Shown one piece after another: positions 44,484 through 55,929 of a stretch of 64,000 bases of DNA. The DNA is taken from NCBI GenBank assembly GCA_964016885.1, contig OZ024743.1:338210001-338274000 (forward strand). The letters are read 5' to 3'. Source of the DNA: Eledone cirrhosa. Lineage: Eukaryota. A program made the translations under genes and the position numbers. How positions within the stretch are numbered: the stretch's first letter is position 1; the number at the start of each line of letters is the position of its first letter. The notes under the pieces were generated by a model. The model ran no database searches, was not told where the DNA came from, and saw nothing but the letters and a program-made list of their open reading frames with translations.

Positions 44484-44544
44484 AGCAATATCCATAGGTA
44501 TGAAAACAAAAAGGAAAACAGTGCTCAATGTGGAAGAGAGCAGA

Positions 44545-45167
44545 TCATCATCATCATTATCATCGTTTAACGTCTATCTTCCACGTTAGCATGGGTTAGA
44601 TGGGAATTGTCCCACTTGAGGCAAGATTAGTCGGGTGACCGTATCTCGCTCATATAGGACTGTCTGGCAGATTTTCTACGGCTGGATGCCCTTGCTAACA
44701 CCAACCACATTACAGTGTGGACTGGGAGGTTTTTACCATGTTACCTACACGACCACTTTACAGCGTGGATTGTTTTTTTGTTGTGACACCTATACCACCT
44801 CTTTAGTTTGGACTGGATGTTGTGGTACCAACATAACTTTACAGAGAAAGGGTGGTGTTGGTGGGAGTGGGAGTAGGAGTAGTGGGATGTGGTGCATATT
44901 TGGTTAAGAGGTGCCTACTAACTATAGGTTTTGCTTTGTACATAGGCAATGCGAGTCTTCTGTATTACTGCGTGGCACCAAAGATCTCAGTCCAGTGACA
45001 TTGTCTTGGAGAGGTGTAAGTGTGTGAGGTCGGAATTTATCAAATCATCTCAGGTTTTTCTGGGTCTACCTACTCCGTAACTTCCATCAATTTTGATTGC
45101 CCTGCTCTTTTTTATACAGTTGTCGTCTTTCATGCACATCACGTGACCATACCAACGTAGTCTTCTT
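44545..45167 (-). mobile_element. Older RTE 3' fragment
   Basis: Reverse complement matches the RTE ORF end (RLRWYGHVM) and the 3' UTR. Confidence 0.8.
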
Positions 45168-45515
45168 ATATATCATTTCATTTTATGTCTGCTTTTTCCC
45201 TGCTTGCAAGGGTGGGACGGGAACTGATTCTGGCTTGATTTCTACAGCTGGATGCCCTTCCTAACACCAACCTCATTTACAGTGAGTGTTGGGTGCTTTT
45301 TTGCCGTGGCACTTCCACGACATCTTTGCAGTGGAATGATAGGGACCCCAGTTCCTATCATCTCATTTCTACAGCTGAGTAAACTGGAGCAATGTGAAAT
45401 AAAGTGTCTTGCTCAAGGAAACAACACATCACCCGGTCTGAGATGATGTGTTGTTTCCTTGAGCAAGAGAGTTTATTTCACATTGCTCCAGTTTACTCAT
45501 ATATATATATATATT

Positions 45516-45763
45516 ATTTATTTATGTTCATACACGGAACAATAGCGCTACCTAAGGTTTCAAGGCCCAATATTGACCATATCTCCAGAAAGTAAAAGGG
45601 GTCAAAATTGTGACTTACTCTCCAGGAGTTTATACGAGTTTAAGTATAAGTGCCTGAAGAGTGGGTCACAATTTTGATTCCCCTTACATTCTGGAGATAT
45701 GGTCAATATTGAACCTTGAAACCTTAGGTAGCGCTATTGTTCTGTGTATGAACATAAATAAAT
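45516..45763. mobile_element. Palindromic MITE with ~110-bp arms
   Basis: atttatttatgttcatacacggaacaatagcgctacctaaggtttcaagg... mirrored by ...ccttgaaaccttaggtagcgctattgttctgtgtatgaacataaataaat. One terminus is also present near 25963-26005. Confidence 0.8.
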
Positions 45764-45866
45764 TATATATATATATGTGTGTGTGGGGAGGGGGAGTCTC
45801 AGGTTCAATTGGGGTTAATCACAGTAAGGTACTCAATACATTAGCAGAGTGTAAACATCATGTTTA

Positions 45867-45971
45867 ATATAGAAATGGCTTCTACAGGACTAGAACTGTT
45901 TCATTCAAAAGAAATGATCATGATTTCTTTTGAATGAAACTGTTCTAGTCCTGAAGAAGCCATTTCTATAT
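45867..45971. repeat. Near-perfect ~105-bp palindrome (small MITE/hairpin)
   Basis: atatagaaatggcttct..caggactagaac..gtttcattcaaaagaaat-loop-atttcttttgaatgaaac..gttctagtcctg..agaagccatttctatat. A degenerate relative lies near 7412-7480. Confidence 0.8.
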
Positions 45972-46057
45972 TTAAAAATGATGTCTATTAAACATAATAT
46001 ACATTAAACATGATGTGTGTATGTGTGTGTGTACAGAGAGGGGGGGGGGGGGGGCAT

Positions 46058-46712
46058 TATGGTTTCATTCATACATACTGTTTCAACGAGGCTGCTCTGT
46101 TGGTTGTATCAACTGGAACACTGGAAACCAGTGTTGATCCAACTGGATATATTTGCTAGTTCTGAGGAGTGTGGAGTTTCTCATAGCTCAATCAATGATT
46201 TGTAACAGAAACATTTTTTTTTTCAAGAAAAGAAATATAATTAATAAAATCAGTAGTGAGTTCTGGGCCAGATTAAGTCCTTTTGTGGCCCTAAACACTT
46301 AAAAGATTATAGTGTCCTCCACTTCCCATCATCATCATCGTTTTATGTCTATTTTCCACACTAGCATGGGTTAAGCGGGTTGTCCAATTTGAAGCAAGTC
46401 GGGTCAGGTGGCCATGTTTTGCTCACACAGAACAGTTTCTGGCTTGGTTTCTACAGCTGGATACCCTTCCTAATGCCAACCACATTTACAGTGTGGACTG
46501 GGTGCTTTTTGTTGTGATACCTACATGACCACTATACAGTATGGAATGGGTGCTTTTTGTTGTGACACCTACACAATTACTTTACAGTGTGGACTGGGTG
46601 CTTTTTGTTGTGACACCTACACAACTACTTTACAGTGTGGACTGGGTGCTTTTTGTTGTGACACCTACACAACTACTTTACAGTGTGGACTGGGTGCTTT
46701 TTGTTGTGACAC
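46058..46712 (-). repeat. Inverted segmental duplicate of ~24990-25569 (third partial copy 47058-47250)
   Basis: tatggtttcattcatacatactgtttcaacgagg... is the reverse complement of ...cctcgttgaaacagtatgtatgaatgaaaccata, and the match continues through the RTE tail and the 48-bp units. Confidence 0.88.
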
Positions 46713-47800
46713 ATAATATCTGTGTGTTTCCAATTTAGAATAGCTACACCATATCCCTGTATGTTGTAAGAAACAACTAGAGAGTGTGAGTGTTAGGAAG
46801 AACATCCAACTGTAAAACATTTCCTGAAAAAGTCCCATCCAACCCATACCAGCATTGAAAAGTCAATGTAAAAATAATGGTGATAATGAAAGACATTTCA
46901 TTTCATTAAAAAGGTGACCCTTCTTCTCCTGATGCCTTAAGAATGTACTTATTTTTCTTAAAGGTTCAATCGAGCTCCAACTCAGTTTCTCCTTCATTTT
47001 ATCAACCTCAAAGCCCAAGTTGACTTTAACCCTTTAACATTTACATTGTTTATTTTCCTGGATATATTTGCTAGTTCTGAGGAGTGTGGAGTTTCTCATA
47101 GCTCAATCAATGATTTGTAACAGAAACATTTTTTTTTTCAAGAAAAGAGGTATAATTAATAAAATCAGTAGTGAGTTCTGGGCCAGATTAAGTCCTTTTG
47201 TGGCCCTAAACACTTAAAAGATTATAGTGTCCTCCACTTCCCATCATCATGTTTATTTTCCTGACATTTGTACATGATTCTATGTACTATACATGCACCT
47301 TTGATGAGTTGTAGTGCACCTGAGCACTGTACACAATAATTTCATTATTATTATTATTATTATTATTACTCTATTTATACTATTGTATTTTTGTGGTAAA
47401 GGCTTTATCTTATATAATTATCTCACATAATATCAAATCTATGAGATTTTGATATTATTTATTTTGAGAACAATACCGTAACGTCAGTATGAGTGGCCAG
47501 TTATGGTTGGTTTGAACAGAAAGAGGTGAGAGGATTCTGGCCGGATATGGCCGGTTTAAATGCTAAAGGGTTAACTTGATTTAAACTCAGAAACTATTAT
47601 AGAGTGACATAACTAGAACATTGTCCTTTTTACTATTGTTCCTTTATTGGTTTGAGAAAATGTAGGAGGGTCTGGTTGGAAGGGCCACACAACAAGCTAG
47701 TTCTGAGTAACAGAATGGTTATAGTAGTTATAATAGCGATAGAAGAGATGAACAAGACACAGCATATCCTTGAAATCAATGGTTATTTATGAGTCACAGT

Positions 47801-48167
47801 TACTCTCGGATTTCAAATAATTGCCCCCACACCCCCTAATTTTTCAGTTCCCCGCCTCGCTTATTAAATTTTGCTAGTCTATCTCTGGTGAAATTTTATT
47901 TTAAGTGGTAGCATTCCAGCGACAATTTTCTTTGGACATTAAAAAACATCATAGATGACTTAAAAAAAGTGCATTACTAGAAACCTCATATTTTACAAAA
48001 TAAATAAGATGGGTTGGGTCTCAATATGTAAACTAAACAACTAATTCTGGTTTAAAAAAAAATTCAATGGATACAACCTGGAAAATTGTCGATTTTCCAA
48101 CACCCTCCTCTGCTTTTCCAACACCCCACTTATTCCAGTGCCCCCTATTATTTGGGATCTGAGAGTA
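47801..48167. mobile_element. TA-flanked MITE (related copies ~26439-26749 and a partial copy near 15230-15340)
   Basis: Termini tactctcggatttcaaataat / attatttgggatctgagagta; internal sequence shared with the 26.4-26.7 kb copy in opposite orientation. Confidence 0.7.
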
Positions 48168-48378
48168 CCTGACCCTTTCATCTAAGATGTTTCTATGCTT
48201 ATAGCACTAAGACCATGTAAGACATGAGCAATATTTTCTTGAAGTTATGTGGATCACATTTGAGCTTGGGGGGGTGCAGTGGTATAGTTGCTGAGAAATT
48301 TGTTCTATCAAGTATTTTACCAAGATACACACACATACATACCACACACAAACACCCACAGACCTCAAATACAAATTG

Positions 48379-48410
<32 letters not shown>

Positions 48411-48991
48411 GCACACATACACACAAGCACACACACACACACATATACACACACACATACTCTCAGACATAATGGTGTGCTGTTGGTAGTGCATTACTAG
48501 AGACAGATGTTGGGAATGTACAGCTGCCTATAGCTTGGGGGCCCACTGTTTTAAATAAATGATAGGAGACAAAAACTATTGCTTCTAATGATGCTAATGA
48601 TTATGATGACGGTGATGGTGGTGATAGTGGTGATGGTGGTGGTGGTGGTGGTGGTTATGATGATGGTGGTGGTGGTGGTGGTAGTGGTGGTAATAATGGT
48701 TTCTGATTTAGGCACAAGGCCAACAATTTGGGGGAAAAGGGATAGTCAATTAAATCGACACCAGTGCATGACTGATACAGATGATGAGGGTGGTGATAAT
48801 TAAAATGATGATGGGGATGATGGGGGTGATGATGATGATAAAGACAACGAAGGTGGTTATAATAATGACAACAATGATAATGATTATGATCATGCTGACA
48901 ATGATGATGATGATGATGGTGATGAGGATGGTGGTGGTGATGGTGATGAGGATGGTGATGACAATAATGATGATGGTGCTGCTGATGATGG

Positions 48992-49037
<46 letters not shown>

Positions 49038-49340
49038 GCCTAGCCGAGAGTGTAACTAAAAGCTGTGTTTGTTTAAGTATGCAGAAAGATACTAGCATAG
49101 ATAACATTTCATGTCACTACCCAGAGGCAGTAGTTGCCTGGTCTAAACACACTTGGCTTCTAAACTTTGTTATGTAACAAACAAAGGCTTAAAATAACCT
49201 TGGGATAGAGTGGAGGGGGACGTGCTTCTCACAAAAGGGGACCTTTGCATGCATACACATAAATAAACACATATATATATTAAGTGGTGCAGAATGTAAG
49301 TGCTATAAAGTTAAAATTAAAGTATGTCCAAGGCCTAGAG

Positions 49341-51304
49341 CAGGGGTCGGCAACCCCCGGCCCGTGGGCCACATCCGGCCCTCGAGTGATTTTTGTCCGG
49401 CCCGCCATCTTACACTGGACACTAATTATCTAATTAGTATCGAATACAGATACAGTAGTGCGCTTCAAGGTTGTGCCGACCTGATACCCATCACAAATCG
49501 CTGCTCATACCGTATATATTTACAGATACTTTTGTAACCTTATATTTTCCATTTATTATTATTTTCTCTTATCCACCTTTTTCTGGGTTTTCCGCCAAGC
49601 ATTATCTCACCTGTATTATTTCCTGTGATTTCATGTATGTGTTCCAGTCAACAAACACAAATGTTGGCTGGAAGTATGCATTTTCGTCAGCGACTGGAAG
49701 GTATACTACCTTACGGTTCACATGACTTGCTTTTATACCCATATTGTCATTCAATAAAATCACTCGTGAATTATTGTCGTCTTCGTTTGCCTGACCTTAC
49801 CACAGATATGAAGGATACTTGTCAACTTGCAGTATTTGTGAGGGGTGTAACACCAACATTTGATATTGTGGAAGAATTTGTACAATTGATTCCTATGAAG
49901 GACATTAGCACTGGAGCAGATATTTTGGAAAGCATTATAAAATGGATTACCGAAATGAATCTGGATTTATCAAAGCTTTCTGGAGTAATCACAGATGGAG
50001 CACCAGCAATGGTTGGAGAGAAAAAGGGGTTTGTTGTATTGCTCCAAAACCCCATCGGTATTGATCAAAAACTAATCAAACTTCATTGCATTATTCATCA
50101 AGAAGCATTATGTGCAAAGTCACTGAATTTTAAGGACATCATGGCAGTGGTCGTGAAAACAGTGAGTTTTATACTGTCAAGAGGACTAAATCACCGCCAG
50201 TTTCAAGAATTTCTAAAACAAATTGAAGCAGAGTATGGCGACCTTACATATTTTTTAAATGTTCGATGGCTTAGCCGCGGAAAAATGATCGAACGAGTAT
50301 ATGCATTGAGAGAAGAGATTTCTATGTTTTTAGAGAGCAAAGACCAGATAATTCTTACTTTCAGGATCCACAGTGGGTTGTCAAGTTAACCTTTTTAGTG
50401 GACATCATGACCCACATGAACACTTTGAATCTTGAGCTTCAAGGAAAGAACAAGGTTGTATTTGAGATGTTTGGTCAAATTACTGCTTTTGGGAGAAACT
50501 TCGACTGTGGGAATCACAACTTCAAAAAGGAAACTACTCTCATTTCCCAAATCTCCAAAATCACAAGAGAGATATAATACCAGACATCTTTGTGAGCTCT
50601 ATTAAGGATTTGAGAAGCAAGTTTTCCTCTCGTTTTGCTGACTTCCGGCAATATGGAACTCTATTTAAGTTATTTGGTACTCCTTACGAAACAGATGTGG
50701 AGCAAGTGGCAGAAGAATATCAATTGGAGTTAATTGACTTACAGTGCGACGAATCTTTGAAATCGAAATTTCAGTTTGAATCCACTGCTGACTTCTACAA
50801 GAAATATATATTGCCAAGCGGAAAATATAAAAACATCTTGACTAATGCGAAACTGATGATATCATTATTTGGAAGTACATATGCTTGTGAACAACTTTTT
50901 TCCAAAATGAAATATACTAATAGTCATTTAAGAACAAGGTTGTGACGACCACCTGGATGATGTTTTGCTCCTGTCATCAACAAATATTTCACCTGATGCG
51001 GAGAAGTTATCGCACAATAAGCAGAAACAAGTGTCTCATGAAATCATTTACCATTTCTAACTGTATTTCGTTTGTAGCAAGGAATTTGCTTTTTTTTTTC
51101 TTGATTGTGTTTGTAGTTTTTTTTTTCTTTTTTTTTCTTATTCCTGCAGTAAAATAAGGGGCCTTGTTAAAATGAAATTATATTAAATTCCTTGTTTTGC
51201 TTTAAACCTCCAGAAAATTTATTTACCTATTTAATAACATGGCCCTCCTCCATGACACTGCATAGCTGTTTGGCCATCTCTCTCCAAAAGGTTGCCGACC
51301 CCTG
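49341..51304 (+). mobile_element. hAT DNA transposon (Buster/Charlie/SPIN-like, GTF2IRD2-type transposase), internally deleted and frameshifted
   Basis: TIRs caggggtcggcaacc / ggttgccgacccctg; perfect 8-bp TSD gcctagag with central TA. Transposase motifs D..DTCQLAVFVRG, TDGAPAMVG, HCIIHQEALC, VRWLSRG, FGSTYACEQLFS. Confidence 0.95.
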
Positions 51305-51501
51305 GCCTAGAGGATCATCAGACTGGTACTTATCCCAGTTTCCTTGGAATTAAGTTAGTGCAGAGGTTCACAAACCTTTTAGCAACTCTACCTGGAACAA
51401 CTCTCTGATCTCCGACCTATGCACTTTATCGAGTAATTTTATTCCAAAGACTCTTCAGAGGAACCCAAAATATATGTTCAACATTATTGCCATCAACATT
51501 G

Positions 51502-51619
<118 letters not shown>

Positions 51620-51789
51620 CGTACATGCGCGTGTAAGCCACAGTAGAGGAAGACCAAAGAAGACCTGGGCAGAGATGTTGAGGGTTGATCTCATATTGCT
51701 GAAACTCACAGAGGAGATAATGAGGTGTACTTAAAAAGACCCATCCAACCCATGCGATCATTGAAAAACAGACATAAAAATGTGATGAT

Positions 51790-51820
<31 letters not shown>

Positions 51821-51861
51821 TGTGTGTGAGTATTATATATATACATATATAATACTCACAC

Positions 51862-51908
<47 letters not shown>

Positions 51909-51979
51909 CTCACAAACAATATATGTATGTATATATATATATATATATATGATGCCCTAGATAGGGGTAACTATAGAGG

Positions 51980-54054
51980 CCCTTCCTAACACCAACCACG
52001 TTTACAGTGTGGACTGGGAGGTTTTTACCGTGTTACCTACACGGCCACATTACAGCGTGGACTGTGTGTTTTTTTGTTGTTACACCTACACGACCTCATT
52101 TGTTTCGGACTGGATGTTGTGGTACCAACATAACTTTACATTGAAAGGGGTGGTGTGGATGGGGTGGGGGTAGTGGGATGGGGTGTATTTTTGTTAGAGG
52201 TGCCTACTGACTGTAGTAGGTTTCACTTTGTACTTAGGTAAGGCGGGTCTTCTGTATTACTGTGTAGCGCCAAAGATCTCGGTCCAGTGACATTGTCTTG
52301 GAGAGGTGTAAGTGTGTGAGGTCGGAATTTATCAATTCGTCCCTGGTTTTTCTGGGTCTGCCTACTCTGTGGCTACCGTCTATTTTTATTGCCCTGCACT
52401 TCTTTATACAGCTGTCGTCTTTCATGCGCATCACGTGACTATACCAACGTAGTCTTCGCTCGAGTAAACAACATCTGATCCCTCTTATTTCTAATTTTTC
52501 CCTTAGTTCGTTTATGCTTTGCCGTTCATGTATATTACTATTACACATCCAGCGGAGCATGCAAGCTTCGTTCCTCTCCAGTCTGCGTATATCCTCTGCA
52601 CACAATGCCCAGGTCTCACTGCCATGTAACATTGCTGTTCGTATGCAGGCATCGTACAACCTGCCTTTCATTTTTAGGGAGAACCCTTTAGCAGCTAATA
52701 GTGGTATAAGCTCTCTGAACTTTTTCCATCCAGTTCTGACTCTAGCTACTGTACTTTCAGAACACCCTCCACCACTGCTGATTTTGTCACCCAAGTAACG
52801 GAAGGTGTCCACTATTTCTAGAGAACCATCTGTGCAATGGAATGAACTAGTGTTCTGTGGGCACTTGCTGCTACTTATTGCACCAGAGCACCGGCCACAT
52901 ACAAAATCTATGTTCTTAGTTTACCTGTGATCCCACTACATCTTTTATGCACCCATACTTTGCATTAGGACATAAAATGTAGATTCTACCTACTCCTTTG
53001 CTACACACTGAGCATGGCCATTTCCCGGATGGGACCGGTGCCCTATTTTCCTTCCTATAAACTAGAACTTTAGTCTTAGACAGGTTAATTTTAAGGCCTT
53101 TAGATTTTAGGCCATGCTTCCATCTTTGGAGTTTCTTCTCTAGTTCAGCCATTGATTCAGCTATGAGCGTTAGATCATCTGCGTATAGGAGTTCCCATGG
53201 GCAGTCGGTCTTGAACTGTTATAGCCTGAAGGGCAATAATAAATAGTAGGGGGCTAAGAACGGAGCCCTGATGAACACCAACTTTTACGCTAAATCTTCA
53301 CGATATTCGTTGTTAATTCTAACCTTGCTGACTGTTTCTTTATACATGGCTTGTATAGCTCTCACAAGTCATTCATCAACACCTAGTTTTCTAAGAGCCA
53401 ACCAGATAATGGAACGGAGAACTCGGCCAAAGGTTTTCTCAAAGTCGACAAAAGCTAAGTATAGGGGTTTACTTTTAGCTAGTTACTTCTCCTGTAGTTG
53501 TCGTACAATGAAAAGAGCGTCTGTGGTACTTTTACCTGACACAAACCCGAACTGCATTTCATCTAAATCAATTCGCTCTCTGATTAGTTGCGCTATTACT
53601 TTTTCTGTGACCTTCATGACCTGGTCAATTAATTTAATGCCTCTATAGTTACTCCTATCTAGGGCATCTCCTTTACCCTTGTAGCAGTTAATGATGATGC
53701 TGCTACGCCAGTCCTTCGGAACAACCCCATTCTGTATGACTTGGTTTACTATCCGGGTGACCATAGTGTGTCCCACCATTCCAGAAGCTTTCAGCATTTC
53801 AGCAACTATTTCCGAAGGCCCAGCCGCCTTACCCGTCTTCATATCTTTGATTGCCTTACTTATTATACTACCTTCGACTAACACTGCTGGTCCCTCTATT
53901 GCGTTGTCGGGGAGACTGTCTTTCTCCCATTTATTCTCCTCATTTAGTAGCCTTTCGTAGTGATACTTCCAAGCTACCTTCTTATCAGCATCAGTGATGG
54001 CAAGTACACCATCATCATTAAGGACACACTTCTCCCCGACAATATCACGGTTTT

Positions 54055-54058
<4 letters not shown>
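51980..54058 (-). mobile_element. RTE-clade LINE copy, disrupted
   Basis: ORF pieces 53483-54109, 52916-53152 and 52234-52812 match the same family; 3' UTR truncated. Confidence 0.92.
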
Positions 54059-54098
<40 letters not shown>

Positions 54099-54188
54099 CT
54101 CACACACAATATATATATATATATATATTAAATAGCTCTGTACTATACATAGAACACTCTTCTTTCCTTTACCTCTTCTATGGAAATA

Positions 54189-54248
<60 letters not shown>

Positions 54249-54250
54249 TA

Positions 54251-55255
54251 GATAATAAGTAAGGCAATCAAAGATATGAAGACGGGTAAGGCGGCTGGGC
54301 CTTCGGAAATAGTTGCTGAAATGCTGAAAGCTTCTGGAATGGTGGGACACACTATGGTCACCCGGATAGTAAACCAAGTCATACAGAATGGGTTTGTTCC
54401 GAAGGACTGGCGTAGCAGCATCATCATTAACTGCTACAAGGGTAAAGGAGATGCCCTAGATAGGAGTAACTATATAAGGAAAAAATTAGAAATAAGAGGG
54501 ATCAGATGTTGTTTACTCAAGAGAAGGCTACGTTGGTACGGTCACGTGATGCGCATGAAAGACGACAGCTGTATAACAAAGTGCAGGGCAATAAAGATAG
54601 ACGGTAGCCACGGAGTAGGCAGACCCAGAAAAACATGGGACGAGCTGATAAATTCCGACCTCACACGCTTACACCTCTCCAAGACAATGTCACTGGACCG
54701 AGACCTTTGGCGGTACTCAGTAATAGAGAAGACCCGCCTTACCTAAATACAAAGTAAAAACCTACTACAGTCAGTAGGCATCTCTATCACCCCCCCCCCC
54801 CCCCCGTCCCACCACCTCCACCCCATCCACACCGCCCCTTTCAATGTACAGTTATGTTGGTCCCACAACATCCAGGCCGAAACAAATGAGATCGTGTAGG
54901 TGTCACGACAAAAAAACACACAGTCCACGCTGTAAATGTGGCCGTGTAGGCAACACGGTAAAAACCTCCCAGCCCCACACTGTAAATGTGGTTGGTGTTA
55001 GGAAGGGCATCCAGCTGTAGAAAACCCGCCAGACAGTCCACGCTGTAATGTGGCCGTGTAGGCAACACGGTAAAAACCTCCCAGCCCCACACTGTAAATG
55101 TGGTTGGTGTTAGGAAGGGCATCCAACTGTAGAAAACCCGCCAGACAGTCCTATGCGAGCAAGACAACCACTCTTGCCTCAAGTGGGAAAACCCCCGTCC
55201 AAACCCATGCAAGCGTGGAACACGGACGCTAAACCTGATGATGATGATGATGATG
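54251..55255 (+). mobile_element. Internally deleted / chimeric RTE copy
   Basis: MKTGKAAG...DALDRSNY is joined directly to [13 protein letters not shown]..., followed by the full 3' UTR with the tandem duplication. Confidence 0.9.
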
Positions 55256-55366
55256 ATATATATATATATATATATATATAATGTATTTCCATAGAAGAGG
55301 TAAAGGAAAGAAGAGTGCTCTATGTATAGTATAGAGCTATTTAATTATGTAAATATCCAAATAAAG

Positions 55367-55439
55367 ATTCCTTCTGATGAATGAATTCAGACGCTTCTGT
55401 TAGAATCGTCTAACTTCGTGAAACCTTGCGTAATGGAAT
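55367..55439 (+). ncRNA. Solo type I hammerhead ribozyme motif
   Basis: attcctt-CTGATGA-atgaa ttc agacg c ttct gtt agaa t cgtct aac ttcgt-GAAA-c cttgc g-TA-atggaat: intact core, extended stem II, 6/7-bp stem I, GUA cleavage triplet. Confidence 0.72.
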
Positions 55440-55497
55440 AATTATAGTGTTGTTTATTACATAAATAAATATATATATATATACACACACACACACG

Positions 55498-55528
<31 letters not shown>

Positions 55529-55929
55529 TGTACATGCATGTGTGCACACTCTTCTTTTCAGCACCCCACTCCAACCAAAAACCAGCTCCACAGTCCCTTG
55601 TATACATAATCTTCTATAATCTTCAAACAGGATTTTCCTTTTGTGACAAGCTAATTATTTTTATTTTTTAATTAGTTTTGTCTCTTTACCTAAATACAAA
55701 ACTACACATCAGCTACAGCTACTCTGAGAAACACTCTCCACCTGCCTTACTTTCACAAAGCAATCCTTCTTTCATCTTGGTGGAATCAATTGAGTTGGGG
55801 TTGAAAAGGCTTTGTAGTATTTACATACATCTGTTTTATGTATTAACCCTTTTGTTACCAAACTACCTAAAACTACCCCTGCTTCTATGATTCAAAGCTG
55901 TTTATTTTGAAATGTATATATATATATAT

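Noticed and set aside
48579-49107. Poly-His / poly-Met ORFs
   Set aside because: (GAT)n/(GGT)n microsatellites with an embedded SINE tail.
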